Positions 54,468 to 64,000 of a stretch of DNA of 64,000 nt are shown here, piece by piece; the stretch's first letter is position 1; every line of letters starts with the position of its first letter. The position numbers and the translations under genes were made by a program. The stretch is taken from contig CAVUPH010000007.1 of assembly GCA_963743305.1 (NCBI GenBank), positions 224,001 through 288,000 of the forward strand. Direction: 5' to 3'. This DNA comes from an uncultured delta proteobacterium (lineage in GTDB: Bacteria; Desulfobacterota; RBG-13-43-22). Below the pieces are notes generated by a model. The model ran no database searches. It worked only from the letters and a program-made list of their open reading frames with translations, and had not been told where the DNA came from.

Positions 54468-54984
54468 GCATATCATCCGCGCCGCAGGCGATATTGCCGG
54501 GGATGATGAGATCGTCATCCTGGGCAGTACGGCTGTTTTATCTCAGTTCCCGGAGGTGCCGGAGAAAATAATTCATTCCATCGAGGCGGACATCTTTCCC
54601 AGGAACAAACCGGAAATGGCCTCCGTCATTGACGGCTGCATCGGGGAACTTTCCCCGTTTCATCAAACCTACGGCTACTATGCCCACGGGGTCGGCCCGG
54701 AAACGGCCCGAAATCTCCCCAGGGGTTGGGACCAGCGGCTGATCCCTATCCGCAATGAAAACACCAGAGGGATCACCGGCTGGGGGCTAGAGATCCATGA
54801 CCTGGTTCTGGGGAAGTATGCCTCCGGCCGGGAAAAGGATTTTGGGTTCAACGCCCAGGTGATAGCGCTGGAATTGGTTTCTGAGGAAAGCCTGATGGAG
54901 CGGGTGGGGTGTCTGGAAGTGCCTGAAGCCATAAAGGATCAGATCCGGCTGAAAATCAAAGCCGATTTTTCACTTCTTCAGTAA
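54448..54984 (+). CDS. DUF6036-like nucleotidyltransferase-fold protein
   Basis: IVILGS..SIEADI (GS..E-x-D), FHQTYGYYAHGV, LPRGW, HDL..K..GREKD. Confidence 0.7.
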   Translation: MNRLQLEHIIRAAGDIAGDDEIVILGSTAVLSQFPEVPEKIIHSIEADIFPRNKPEMASVIDGCIGELSPFHQTYGYYAHGVGPETARNLPRGWDQRLIPIRNENTRGITGWGLEIHDLVLGKYASGREKDFGFNAQVIALELVSEESLMERVGCLEVPEAIKDQIRLKIKADFSLLQ

Positions 54985-55060
54985 GTTGCTGAAAAAAAGG
55001 AAGGGCTTTGATAGTGGAGAACCCGGAGTTCGACCGTAGATATTAGAAAAGAATTGCAGT

Positions 55061-55110
55061 AAAAACCAAAGAGGGCCGCCCGGATTTCCGGGCGGCCCTC
55101 TTTGGTTTTT
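55061..55110. terminator. Bidirectional rho-independent terminator after dnaK
   Basis: aaaaaccaaagagggccgcccgga-tt-tccgggcggccctctttggttttt perfect hairpin. Confidence 0.92.
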
Positions 55111-55126
55111 ATCTGAAAGTTCAGAC

Positions 55127-57055
55127 CTACTTCACTTCTTCAAAATCCGCGTCCACTACGTCGTCGTCGGGTTTGCGGGTTCCGCCGCCCGGGCCGGCCT
55201 GGGCCCCCGGATCCGGGCCGGGTCCGCCGCCGGGACCGGCGCCCTGCTGGGAGGCCTGGGAGTACATCTTCTCGGCCAGTTTGTGGGAGCTGGTGGTCAG
55301 CTCCTCGGTGAGCCGCTTGATCTCGGCGGCGTCCGTGGTCTCCATGGCCTTTTTCAGCCGCTCGATGGCTCCCTCGATGTCGGACTTCAACTCGCTTTCC
55401 ACCTTATCCCCCAGTTCCTTCACCGTCTTTTCCGTGGAGTAGATCAGGGTGTCGGCGTGGTTGCGGGACTCGGCCAGTTCCTTCTTCTTCTTGTCCTCCT
55501 CGGCATGCATCTCGGCATCCTTGACCAACTGCTGGATTTCCTTTTCGCTCAAGCCGCTGGAGGCGGTGATCTTGATGGACTGTTCCTTGCCGGTCCCTAA
55601 ATCCTTGGCTGATACGTGGACGATCCCGTTGGCATCGATGTCAAAGGTCACTTCGATCTGAGGCAGACCCCGGGGAGCCGGCGGAATACCGGTCAGCTCG
55701 AAACGGCCCAGGGTCTTGTTGTCCTGGGCCATCTCCCGCTCGCCCTGAAGCACGTGGATGGATACCGCGGGCTGGTTGTCGGCCGCCGTGGAAAAGATCT
55801 GGCTCTTGCGGGTCGGGATGGTGGTGTTCTTTTCGATCAGCCGGGTGGCTACCCCGCCCAGGGTCTCGATGCCCAGGGAAAGAGGCGTCACGTCCAGCAA
55901 GAGCACGTCTTTGACCTCGCCCTTGAGCACGCCGCCCTGGATACCGGCTCCGATGGCCACCACCTCATCGGGGTTGACGCCTTTATGGGGTTCGCGGCCG
56001 AAGATCTCCTTCACTTTGGCCTGAACCTTGGGCATCCGGGTCATGCCGCCGACCAGGACCACTTCATGAATTTCCGAGGCCGACAAACCGGCGTCCTTCA
56101 GCGCTGTCCGGCAGGGGCCCTCCACTTTATTGATCAGGTCTTCGACCAGCATCTCCAGTTTGGCCCGGGAGAGTTTCAGGTTCAGGTGTTTGGGGCCGCT
56201 GGCGTCGGCGGTGATGAAGGGCAGGTTGATGTCGGTCTCCATGGAGGTGGAGAGTTCCATCTTGGCCTTTTCCGCCGCCTCTTTGAGGCGCTGCAGGGCC
56301 ATCTTGTCGCTGCGCAGATCGATGCCCTGGTCCTTACGGAACTCGGCGGCCAGATAATCGATCACCCGCAGGTCAAAATCCTCGCCGCCCAGGTGGGTGT
56401 CTCCGTTGGTGGACTTGACCTCGAAAACGCCTTCCCCGATTTCCAAAATGGAGATATCAAAGGTCCCGCCGCCCAGGTCAAAGACGGCGATTTTTTCATC
56501 CTTCTTTTTATCCAGGCCGTAGGCCAGAGCGGCCGCCGTAGGTTCGTTGATGATCCGAAGCACATTCAAACCGGAAATCCGGCCGGCATCCTTGGTGGCC
56601 TGTCGCTGGCTGTCGTTAAAGTAGGCCGGGACGGTGACTACGGCGTCGGTCACTTTTTCGCCCAGGTATTCCTCCGCGGTCTGTTTCATCTTGACCAGGA
56701 TCATGGAAGAGATCTCCGCCGGCGAGTATTCCTTCCCGCGGATTTCAATGTGGGCGTCCCCGTTGGCGGCCTTGATGATTTTATAGGGCAGGATCGGAAT
56801 ATCATCCTGGACTTCCCGGGAATCAAATTTTCTTCCGATCAGCCGTTTGACGGCATAGACCGTGTTGGTGGGGTTGGTGATCGCCTGGCGTTTGGCCACT
56901 TGGCCCACTAAACGCTCGTTGTTTTCCGTTACCGATACCACCGAGGGCGTTGTCCGGCTCCCTTCCACATTGGCGATCACTTTCGGCTCGCCGCCTTCCA
57001 TGATGGCCACGCAGGAATTGGTAGTACCTAAATCAATTCCGATTACTTTACTCAT
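55127..57055 (-). CDS. dnaK: Chaperone DnaK
   Basis: [25 protein letters not shown], ends DADFEEVK. Confidence 0.99.
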   Translation of the reverse strand: MSKVIGIDLGTTNSCVAIMEGGEPKVIANVEGSRTTPSVVSVTENNERLVGQVAKRQAITNPTNTVYAVKRLIGRKFDSREVQDDIPILPYKIIKAANGDAHIEIRGKEYSPAEISSMILVKMKQTAEEYLGEKVTDAVVTVPAYFNDSQRQATKDAGRISGLNVLRIINEPTAAALAYGLDKKKDEKIAVFDLGGGTFDISILEIGEGVFEVKSTNGDTHLGGEDFDLRVIDYLAAEFRKDQGIDLRSDKMALQRLKEAAEKAKMELSTSMETDINLPFITADASGPKHLNLKLSRAKLEMLVEDLINKVEGPCRTALKDAGLSASEIHEVVLVGGMTRMPKVQAKVKEIFGREPHKGVNPDEVVAIGAGIQGGVLKGEVKDVLLLDVTPLSLGIETLGGVATRLIEKNTTIPTRKSQIFSTAADNQPAVSIHVLQGEREMAQDNKTLGRFELTGIPPAPRGLPQIEVTFDIDANGIVHVSAKDLGTGKEQSIKITASSGLSEKEIQQLVKDAEMHAEEDKKKKELAESRNHADTLIYSTEKTVKELGDKVESELKSDIEGAIERLKKAMETTDAAEIKRLTEELTTSSHKLAEKMYSQASQQGAGPGGGPGPDPGAQAGPGGGTRKPDDDVVDADFEEVK

Positions 57056-57130
57056 TTTCTCCTCCTTAAGAGTTGGTAACTTTCTCTATATTTATTTAAT
57101 TCGTGTTTGACGCGTTAGCGAATTTCTGCC

Positions 57131-57742
57131 TCAGGCCCTCGACTCCAGGGAGTCCTCTTCGGGACCCAGTTCCGGCCTTTTGGATACCACGACCATGGCC
57201 GGGCGGATGAGGCGGCTGTGCAGGGTGTAGCCTTTCTGCAACTGGGTCAGAACGGTGCCGGCCGGATGGTGAGCGTCCTCCTGGACCATGACCGCCTCGT
57301 GCAGGTTGGGATCGAATTCCTTGCCTGAGGCGTCCACCGGCGACACGCCGATTTTTTCCAGGGCCGTGAGGAACCCTTTGAGGGTCATATCCACTCCTTC
57401 CAGGAGTCCCTGGGGACCCTTCGCTTCCCCGTGGTCGATGGCCCGCTCCAGGTTGTCCAACACCGGCAGCAATTCCTTGATCAGGTTTTCGGTCCCAAAT
57501 TTGTAGGCATCGTTTTTTTCTTTTTCCATCCGTTTCTTAAAGTTTTCAAATTCGGCGGACAATCTTAAAAAACGATCAAAATTATCCTGGGCCTCCTTTT
57601 TCTTCGCCTCCAGTCGGGCCTCCAGGGTTTCCTCTGGGGGGGTGGCTCCCTCCGGGATCTCTTCCGGGCTTGTCGGTTGCTCTTTTGACTTTGGGGCTTC
57701 TTTTGTTTGAATCGGTCCCGTATTTATTTTTACGTGTGTCAA
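57131..57742 (-). CDS. grpE: Nucleotide exchange factor GrpE
   Basis: AEFENFKKR, LLPVLDNLERA, FDPNLHEA, KGY..RPAMV; TTG 57742 follows AAGGAG. Confidence 0.95.
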   Translation of the reverse strand: MTHVKINTGPIQTKEAPKSKEQPTSPEEIPEGATPPEETLEARLEAKKKEAQDNFDRFLRLSAEFENFKKRMEKEKNDAYKFGTENLIKELLPVLDNLERAIDHGEAKGPQGLLEGVDMTLKGFLTALEKIGVSPVDASGKEFDPNLHEAVMVQEDAHHPAGTVLTQLQKGYTLHSRLIRPAMVVVSKRPELGPEEDSLESRA

Positions 57743-57756
57743 TAGTTGCTCCTTAA

Positions 57757-58794
57757 TCAAATCTTATCTTCCAAAATTTTACTGACCATCTTGGCCGTAT
57801 AATCCACGATCGGGATGACCCGGTCATAATCCATGCGCGTCGGTCCGATGACCCCCAGGGTGCCGATAGGGTGTTTCCCCATGGTGTAGGGGGCGGTAAT
57901 CACGCTACAGGCCTCCATCTCGTTGACTTCGTTTTCCGAACCGATGAAAATCTGGATCCCGCTGGCGGTGATGCTCTTTTCCAGCAAGCGCACCAAAAGG
58001 CTTTTTTGCTCAAAGGCCCGAAAAAGCGCCCTCAGGGTTTCTATCTGACTGAATTCCGGATACTGCATCAAATTGGTCTGACCCTCGACGTAAAATTCCC
58101 CCTGAGTATCCCCCTCCAGGGCCTGATTGGAGATCTTCAGGGCCGTGGAAAGGAGTTCATCAAACCGGATCTTGTCCTTCTTCATTTCTTCCAGAATCTT
58201 CAGCTTAACCTGATCCAAACTCAGGTTCCGCAAGAGTTCATTCAAATAATGGGTCAGTTTATCCAGGTCCTTCTGGGAGAGGTCTTCCTCCAGTTCGATG
58301 ACCTTATTTTGGACCAGACCGGCTTTGGTCACCAGCACCACCAGAATAAATTGGCCCCGGATCTTAATAAATTCAATATGCTTAAAACGGGTGGCCGAGG
58401 ATTTGGGCGGAGAAACAACGGCCGCCTGCTCGGTGATCACGGCCAGCATCTTGGAGGTATTTTTCAGTAAATCTTCCACATCTTGGCTGCTGTCGGTTAA
58501 ATAACTCCGAATCCGATCCTTTTCGGAGTCTTCCAAGGGCCTCAATTCCAGGATAGAGGAGACGTAAAACCGCAGGCCATTTTCCGTGGGGACCCTGCCC
58601 GCCGAGACGTGTGGCTGGGCGATCAATCCTAAATCCTCCAAATCGGACATAATATTCCGAATGGTGGCCGGGCTGAGCAACTGTCCTTTCTTTTTGGAAA
58701 GGGTGCGCGAACCCACCGGTTCAGCGGTTTCAATAAAGTCCCGAATGATGGCGTTTAAAATAGACCGCCCTCTCTGGTTTAGAACAATGGGCAT
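57757..58794 (-). CDS. hrcA: Heat-inducible transcription repressor HrcA
   Basis: EPVGSRTL, SPATIRNIMSDLE, PHVSAGRVPT, GVIGPTRMDY. Confidence 0.96.
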   Translation of the reverse strand: MPIVLNQRGRSILNAIIRDFIETAEPVGSRTLSKKKGQLLSPATIRNIMSDLEDLGLIAQPHVSAGRVPTENGLRFYVSSILELRPLEDSEKDRIRSYLTDSSQDVEDLLKNTSKMLAVITEQAAVVSPPKSSATRFKHIEFIKIRGQFILVVLVTKAGLVQNKVIELEEDLSQKDLDKLTHYLNELLRNLSLDQVKLKILEEMKKDKIRFDELLSTALKISNQALEGDTQGEFYVEGQTNLMQYPEFSQIETLRALFRAFEQKSLLVRLLEKSITASGIQIFIGSENEVNEMEACSVITAPYTMGKHPIGTLGVIGPTRMDYDRVIPIVDYTAKMVSKILEDKI

Positions 58795-58844
58795 CGTTTA
58801 TAGCGGATTCCTTTTAGGTTGAAAAGGCCTCAAAAATTGTTCTA

Positions 58845-58873
58845 AACTTAACTATGCCGACCGGATTTGTCAA
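58845..58873 (-). promoter_or_regulatory. Sigma70-type promoter upstream of hrcA
   Basis: TTGACA-N17-TAAGTT on the minus strand. Confidence 0.5.
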
Positions 58874-58965
58874 GGGTTTGACACCCGGGTTTTTGCAATA
58901 AATCAAGGCTGGCCGATGAGAAAAGGGTATGGTATAATTAAAAAAATCGATAGAGGAGCGCACCT

Positions 58966-59952
58966 ATGGACAATCCAACCTGCCAGAGCCCGGAAGCTGA
59001 ACCGCCAGGGAGCGCCGGCGGTGACGAATGCCGTCATGTCCCCCTGTATCGGGAGGAATTGCCGGGAATCGTCAACGCCCTGGTGGAAAGTTGCCGTGAC
59101 CCGGAGACCTTTCATCACCTTAATCTGGTGGGCCTCCCCTCCCAGGGGGCCGTTATTCAATTATTGGAGGGATTTAAACGAATCCTTTTCCCCGGTTATT
59201 TTGGAGACCAGGACATTGACGGCTATACCTTGCCTTACCAGTTAGGGATCGAAGTCAATCGGTTGTTCGAAGGCTTATCCCAACAAATCACCTTAAGCCT
59301 CCGTCATGAATGCCGTCGCTATCAGCATATTTGCACCCAATGCCAGGAGCGGGGGCAGCAGGAAGCGATCATCTTATTGAAAAAGATGCCGGAAATACGC
59401 CGAACCCTGGCCGATGATGTCCGGGCCGCTTATCAAGGGGACCCGGCGGCCAAAAGTTTTGACGAGATTATTTTCAGTTATCCGGCACTGCTGGCCATCA
59501 CCACGCATCGCCTGGCCCATGAGTTGTTTATCCAGGGAGTCCCGATAGTTCCCCGAATGATGAGCGAGCACGCCCATAGCATTACCGGGATCGATATCCA
59601 TCCCGGCGCCGTCATTGCCGGACATTTTTTTATAGATCACGGCACCGGCGTGGTAATCGGGGAAACCTCGGTGGTGGGAAGACAGGTCAGGATCTATCAG
59701 GGGGTGACTTTAGGGGCCTTGAGCCTGCCCATGGAAGAAAAAGGGGATCTTCTCAGGAGGAGCAAGAGACACCCGACCATAGAAGACCGGGTAACGATTT
59801 ATGCCGGGGCCACCATTTTAGGAGGGGATACGGTCGTCGGGGCCGGGTCGGTGATTGGCGGGAATGTCTGGTTGACCCGGTCCGTTCCCCCGGGGACCAC
59901 GGTGATGATCGAGGCGCCGAAATTGAGGGTTAAGGAAGACCATAAGGTTTAA
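58966..59952 (+). CDS. cysE: Serine O-acetyltransferase
   Basis: GDPAA, DIHPGA, FIDHGTGVVIGET, YQGVTLG, KRHPT. Confidence 0.92.
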   Translation: MDNPTCQSPEAEPPGSAGGDECRHVPLYREELPGIVNALVESCRDPETFHHLNLVGLPSQGAVIQLLEGFKRILFPGYFGDQDIDGYTLPYQLGIEVNRLFEGLSQQITLSLRHECRRYQHICTQCQERGQQEAIILLKKMPEIRRTLADDVRAAYQGDPAAKSFDEIIFSYPALLAITTHRLAHELFIQGVPIVPRMMSEHAHSITGIDIHPGAVIAGHFFIDHGTGVVIGETSVVGRQVRIYQGVTLGALSLPMEEKGDLLRRSKRHPTIEDRVTIYAGATILGGDTVVGAGSVIGGNVWLTRSVPPGTTVMIEAPKLRVKEDHKV

Positions 59953-59980
59953 GGATTTCATGTTCGAAAGACGATGCAAC

Positions 59981-60069
59981 AAATCCCCCCTTACCCCCCC
60001 TTTCTTAAAGGGGGGAACCCTTCTTCCTTGAGGCCCCTCTCTTTGAAAAAGGGAGGTTGGGAGGGATTT
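59981..60069. repeat. Double-hairpin intergenic element (second copy at ~21753-21827)
   Basis: aaatccccccttac..aaggggggaa..ccctctctttgaaaaagggaggttgggagggattt; last 22 nt identical to 21806-21827. Confidence 0.7.
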
Positions 60070-60092
60070 ACTAATAGAAAATGGAGGGATGA

Positions 60093-61487
60093 ATGACAAT
60101 TGATTCTAACCACTTCAAATCAATAGTTCAGGATATGGTTTATGATCTGGAGGGGGCTTTCCCCTACGCCTCGATCCTGGCCCTGGAGACTTCAGGGGAG
60201 CGAATTACCGTCCAGACTCGGCAACAAAGCGCGGAATTATTGGACCCGGCTCGGGGAGCGGTCCTGACTGCTTTCAATGGCCGCTCCTTTCTGGAATCGG
60301 CCACCTTCGATCTTTCACCGGAAGGTTTGAACGAGGCCGTGGCCCGGCTCAAGGAACTGGGAAAAGATCAGGGTATTTTTTACGACGGCCCGGTGATCGA
60401 CCCGGGACCCAAGGTCGATGAGGATTTCTTGATCAAATGTCAAAACCATCCGGAATATGTCTCCCTGGGTGACAAGATCCAGGCCTGTGCCGACCTGAAG
60501 GACCGTCTGCACCGGGAAGAAGAACGGGTGGTCCAGGCCACCGCCCAATATGCTTACACGCGGAACCGGGAATTGTTCGTCAATCGGCATAAAACTCTTT
60601 ATCAGGATTTACGCCGGACCCAGATGGTGGCCCAGGTCATCATGCGGGAAGGAGATCAGTCCGTTCATCTGCACACCGGGCAGGCCCTGCAGGGGGGGTA
60701 TGAACAGGCCTTCATCCCCGAAGATAAGCTGAGCCGTCTGATCGAGGATTGCCGGCGCCTGCTTAGCGCCCGGAGGCTCGACCCCGGCTATTATACCTGC
60801 GTCTTTTCTCCTGAATTTTCAGGGATATTCGCCCACGAGGCCTTCGGACACGGAACCGAAACGGACATGTTCCTCAAAAAGAGGGCCAAGGGAGAGGAAT
60901 ACCTGGGGAAGGCCGTGGCCTCCCCGCTGGTCAATATGTTCGATTCTCCGGCCCTTCCCGGACAGGCGGCTTCCTTTTTTTTCGACCATGAAGGGGAATT
61001 AGCCACGGAAACCCGGATTATCGAAGGGGGGATTCTCAAGCGGGGGCTGACGGACCTGAATTCAGCCACCCGTTTAAATCTCTCCCGGTCGGCCAACGGC
61101 CGGCGGGAGTCCTTCGAGCGCAAGGTCTACGCCCGGATGACCAACACCTACTTCGGACCCGGAGAGGATACCCGGGAAGCCATGATCGCCTCCATAGACG
61201 ACGGATATTTTTTGGATCACCCCTCCAACGGCATGGAAGACCCGAAAGGCTGGGGAATCCAGTTGGAGGGGTATTACGCGGAAAGGATCAGGCAGGGTCG
61301 GCTGACCGGAGAGATTTTTTCTCCGGTGATTATCACCGGGTATGTGCCGGATCTCCTGCAGTCCATTTCCATGGTAGGAAAGAAAATGGAAATCAGCGGC
61401 CTGGGGATGTGCGGCAAAGGCCACAAGGAATGGGTGAAAGTGACCGACGGCGGCCCCTGCCTGAAATTGCGAGCCCGGTTGGCCTGA
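60093..61487 (+). CDS. tldD: TldD family metalloprotease
   Basis: HEAFGH, ANGRRESF..RMTNTY, GMCGK, DGGP. Confidence 0.9.
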   Translation: MTIDSNHFKSIVQDMVYDLEGAFPYASILALETSGERITVQTRQQSAELLDPARGAVLTAFNGRSFLESATFDLSPEGLNEAVARLKELGKDQGIFYDGPVIDPGPKVDEDFLIKCQNHPEYVSLGDKIQACADLKDRLHREEERVVQATAQYAYTRNRELFVNRHKTLYQDLRRTQMVAQVIMREGDQSVHLHTGQALQGGYEQAFIPEDKLSRLIEDCRRLLSARRLDPGYYTCVFSPEFSGIFAHEAFGHGTETDMFLKKRAKGEEYLGKAVASPLVNMFDSPALPGQAASFFFDHEGELATETRIIEGGILKRGLTDLNSATRLNLSRSANGRRESFERKVYARMTNTYFGPGEDTREAMIASIDDGYFLDHPSNGMEDPKGWGIQLEGYYAERIRQGRLTGEIFSPVIITGYVPDLLQSISMVGKKMEISGLGMCGKGHKEWVKVTDGGPCLKLRARLA

Positions 61488-61519
61488 GGCGCCGAGCGCT
61501 GAGCGCAGAGCGCCTGGCG
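61488..61519. repeat. GC-rich heptamer arm directly after the tldD stop
   Basis: ggcgccgagcgctgagcgcagagcgcctggcg. Confidence 0.6.
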
Positions 61520-61554
61520 TCCATCGCAAACCCTGATTAAGAAAAGGGATCATC

Positions 61555-62850
61555 ATGAACGTAAAGTCAATCAAAGAAATCATTGAAGATCGCATTCAAC
61601 CGCACTCCTGGGAAATCCGCCGGCTGAGGAATAAAAGTTTTCAGCGGTACCTGATTTTTAAAGAGCAGGAATCCCAGCGGGTGGTGGAAAACGAAAAGTT
61701 TCTGGTCACCCTCTACAAAAACTACGAGCAGGATGGCCGGAAGGTTCTAGGCGAATCCACTCTGGCGTTGAGCGAAGGGGACGATTTGCGGGAGAAGCTC
61801 TCGGCTGCCTGGGAAATGGCCGGTCTGGTAGCTAATCCGGTTTTTGCTCTCCCCGATAAAGGGCTGGTCTATCAACCGGTCCAATCCGTCGATCCGGAGA
61901 TAAAGGAGCACCCGTACTTTCATTTGGATAAAATCCGGGATGACTTGGTGAGGACCCCCTTGGACCGGGTTAAGTTGAGTTCCGCCGAGATCTTTCTGGA
62001 ACTTAAGGAGTTTGAAATTGTGAATTCGCTCGGTTTGGAGCAAGCCCGGGAGGAAAGCGAGATCCTGGTGGAATTTGTCTTGCTGGCCGAAAAAGGGGCG
62101 GGCTTCGGAGGTGAAAGCTGGGGTTGGAAACAGGGCCGCAACTACGCCGATATGCGGCTTGGGGACGCGCTTCAAAAATATGCCCGATTTGCCTTGGAGT
62201 CCCAGGAGGCGGTTCTGCCGCCCAGCGGCGTCTATCCGGTCGTTTTCTCCGAGGAATCTCTGGATACCCTCTTTAATTTCTTTGTACTCCAGGCCTCCGG
62301 CCCGGCCCGATTCCAGGGGTGGTCCCGACTGGAATTGGATCAGCCGGTGCTGCCCGAAATCAAGGGAGAAGCACTCTCCCTGGCCAGCAATCCATCCATT
62401 CTCGGGCTTCTGAAGACCCGGTCCTTTGACGATCAGGGATTGCCCCTGAGCCCGGTGGACGTCATTCGGGAGAATATTTTTCGGAGTAGGCTGAATTCCA
62501 AGCGTTACGCGGATTATTTACAGGAACCGGCAACGGGAGGTATGGCCAACCTGCAAGTTGCACCGGGACCAAGAGGTTTTCAGGAATTGTTGGAGGACGG
62601 CCCGGTTTTTCATTTGCTGCGTTTCTCAACCTTTGAACCCAATCCGATTACCGGGGCCTTTTCCGGGGAAATCCGAACCGGCTATTTGATTGAGGGAGGG
62701 ATCGTCACCCCGATCAAGGGCGGGTCAGTTTCCGGGGTTATGGATCAGGCCTTCCAAGAGGCTTATTTTTCCAAAGAAATTACCCGCCGGGCCGCCTACC
62801 TGGGGCCGAAAGCCGTTCGTCTGGAGGGGTTGGATATCGCGGGGGAATAA
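61555..62850 (+). CDS. pmbA: TldE/PmbA family protein
   Basis: SFDDQG, NPITGAFSG, PIKGGSVSG; no HExxxH; adjacent to tldD. Confidence 0.82.
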   Translation: MNVKSIKEIIEDRIQPHSWEIRRLRNKSFQRYLIFKEQESQRVVENEKFLVTLYKNYEQDGRKVLGESTLALSEGDDLREKLSAAWEMAGLVANPVFALPDKGLVYQPVQSVDPEIKEHPYFHLDKIRDDLVRTPLDRVKLSSAEIFLELKEFEIVNSLGLEQAREESEILVEFVLLAEKGAGFGGESWGWKQGRNYADMRLGDALQKYARFALESQEAVLPPSGVYPVVFSEESLDTLFNFFVLQASGPARFQGWSRLELDQPVLPEIKGEALSLASNPSILGLLKTRSFDDQGLPLSPVDVIRENIFRSRLNSKRYADYLQEPATGGMANLQVAPGPRGFQELLEDGPVFHLLRFSTFEPNPITGAFSGEIRTGYLIEGGIVTPIKGGSVSGVMDQAFQEAYFSKEITRRAAYLGPKAVRLEGLDIAGE

Positions 62851-62855
62851 TAAAG

Positions 62856-62949
62856 GAACGTCGAACATTGAATATCGAACGCCCAATCTTAAATGAAATA
62901 CAAACCTCCCATTCAACATTCGATGTTGGGCGTTCGATGTTCGACGTTC
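62856..62949. repeat. GAACATC-family heptamer inverted repeat
   Basis: gaacgtcgaacattgaatatcgaacgcccaa ... ttgggcgttcgatgttcgacgttc. Confidence 0.82.
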
Positions 62950-62996
62950 AAATCTTTTGGAATTTAGATGGCCCAAACGCAGACTAAGGAGGCAAT

Positions 62997-63479
62997 ATGG
63001 AATTAGTTGTTCAACCGTTGGTCATACCGGAGGAAGCGAACATTATTTTCGGCCAGTCCCATTTCATCAAGACCGTGGAAGACCTTTATGAAATCCTGAT
63101 CGGATCGGTGCCGGGGATAAAGTTTGGTCTGGCCTTTTCCGAGGCCTCGGGGGATTGCCTGATCCGCAGCGTGGGTAACGATCCGGAACTGGAAGCGGCG
63201 GCCGTCCAAAATGCCCGGAGCGTCGCCGCCGGACACACCTTTAATATCCTCCTGCGGCAGGGGTTCCCCATCAATGTGCTGAATGCCATCAAAAACTGCT
63301 CCGAAGTCTGCTCCATCTTTTGCGCCAGCGCCAATCCGGTGGAAGTAATCCTGGCCCAATCGGAGCAGGGGAGGGGCGTTTTGGGAGTGATCGACGGCTT
63401 TTCACCGAAGGGGGTGGAGGAAGAAAAGGACCGGATCTGGCGGAAGGATCTGTTGCGGAAATTCGGTTATAAGTTGTAG
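62997..63479 (+). CDS. Adenosine-specific kinase family protein
   Basis: GQSHFIKTVEDL, FSEASG, AGH, FPINVL, GRGVLGVIDG, GYKL. Confidence 0.88.
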   Translation: MELVVQPLVIPEEANIIFGQSHFIKTVEDLYEILIGSVPGIKFGLAFSEASGDCLIRSVGNDPELEAAAVQNARSVAAGHTFNILLRQGFPINVLNAIKNCSEVCSIFCASANPVEVILAQSEQGRGVLGVIDGFSPKGVEEEKDRIWRKDLLRKFGYKL

Positions 63480-63550
63480 TCTGTTTATCCGGAGGGATAA
63501 ACCCCCAGTTCTCGGGCGGGCGCCCCGAAGCATGAAAATACTTGGATATC

Positions 63551-63647
63551 CGTCATTCCGAGGAGCGAAGCGACGAAGCAATCCACCGGTTGGCTAGCGA
63601 CGCACCCCAAGCTCAATCGGGGATTGCTTCGCTTCACTCGCAATGAC
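63551..63647. repeat. REP/RPE-like palindromic element, copy 3
   Basis: cgtcattccgaggagcgaagcgacgaagcaatcc ... ggattgcttcgcttcactcgcaatgac. Confidence 0.85.
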
Positions 63648-63691
63648 AGAGGTGTTTGGACTTATTTTCAAAGTAACGAGGAGTTTTTGTT

Positions 63692-64000
63692 ATGATAAGA
63701 GCTAAGCTCTGGCTGCAATGCGCGGCCATGAAGGACCCGGTGGCCCCGGTGTTGGTCCGTCCGTCGGTCATCGGCTGGCAGGGGAAATTCCGGCAGATCG
63801 ATCTGACCATTGACCGGCCGTTTAGCGGAGAGGAACTCCTGCTGCGGATGAAAGGTTGGGTGACCACGGACCCCCGGGAGGTTATCGGGGAAATTAAGCC
63901 GGAAGGTTTCGTGAAGCTCTTTAACCAAGGGGAAGTGGTGGTGGAGACGGATACCCAGGAGCAACTGGCCGCCGTTCAAAAGCGACTGCGGGACCGGTTC
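63692..64000 (+). CDS. Hypothetical protein, partial (runs off the window)
   Basis: GAGGAG RBS, ATG 63692, open frame MIRAKLWLQCAAMKDPVAP..RLRDRF to the edge; not in the ORF track. Confidence 0.7.
   Translation, partial: MIRAKLWLQCAAMKDPVAPVLVRPSVIGWQGKFRQIDLTIDRPFSGEELLLRMKGWVTTDPREVIGEIKPEGFVKLFNQGEVVVETDTQEQLAAVQKRLRDRF

Noticed and set aside
55010-55042. Possible tRNA 3' remnant/att site beside the TA cluster
   Set aside because: Resemblance too short and no duplicated partner in the window.
55616-56911. 431-aa plus-strand ORF and similar long antisense ORFs (34457-35398, 42359-43444, 838-1500)
   Set aside because: Shadows of dnaK, cheBR, thrS and hdrA caused by codon bias.

Overview
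A chromosomal window from an anaerobic Desulfobacterota/deltaproteobacterium-like organism (inferred from gene content). Housekeeping and metabolic blocks are: a selenocysteine-containing large HdrA running off the left edge, pyrR, rnc-radical SAM-era, the benzoyl-CoA pathway genes oah/had plus an SDR, rlpA, an IHF subunit, mnmG, an Ala-zipper lipoprotein with an L,D-transpeptidase, cobamide completion genes cobU-cobS-cobC-cbiB, nagZ, ligA, thrS-infC-rpmI-rplT-pheST-merR-uvrC-tatBC, hrcA-grpE-dnaK, cysE and tldD/pmbA. Two accessory regions stand out. The first is a roughly 14.5 kb signalling island (24.6-39.1 kb) with a CheB-CheR-coiled-coil-PAS protein lacking an output domain, PAS kinases sharing an ELEMQNEEL coil, and decayed or duplicated fragments. 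The second is a cluster of three toxin-antitoxin-like pairs (52.5-55 kb), one an uncharacterised nucleotidyltransferase-like pair. The most unusual signal is non-coding: a four-helix-bundle gene bracketed by 31-bp heptamer-periodic inverted arms, four deleted derivatives of that cassette, and several other families of 7-, 8- and 9-nt periodic inverted repeats at gene junctions. No rRNA, tRNA, CRISPR array, transposase or reverse transcriptase was recognised. Several single-base frameshifts may be sequencing errors. All calls come from reading the sequence; no database search was run.
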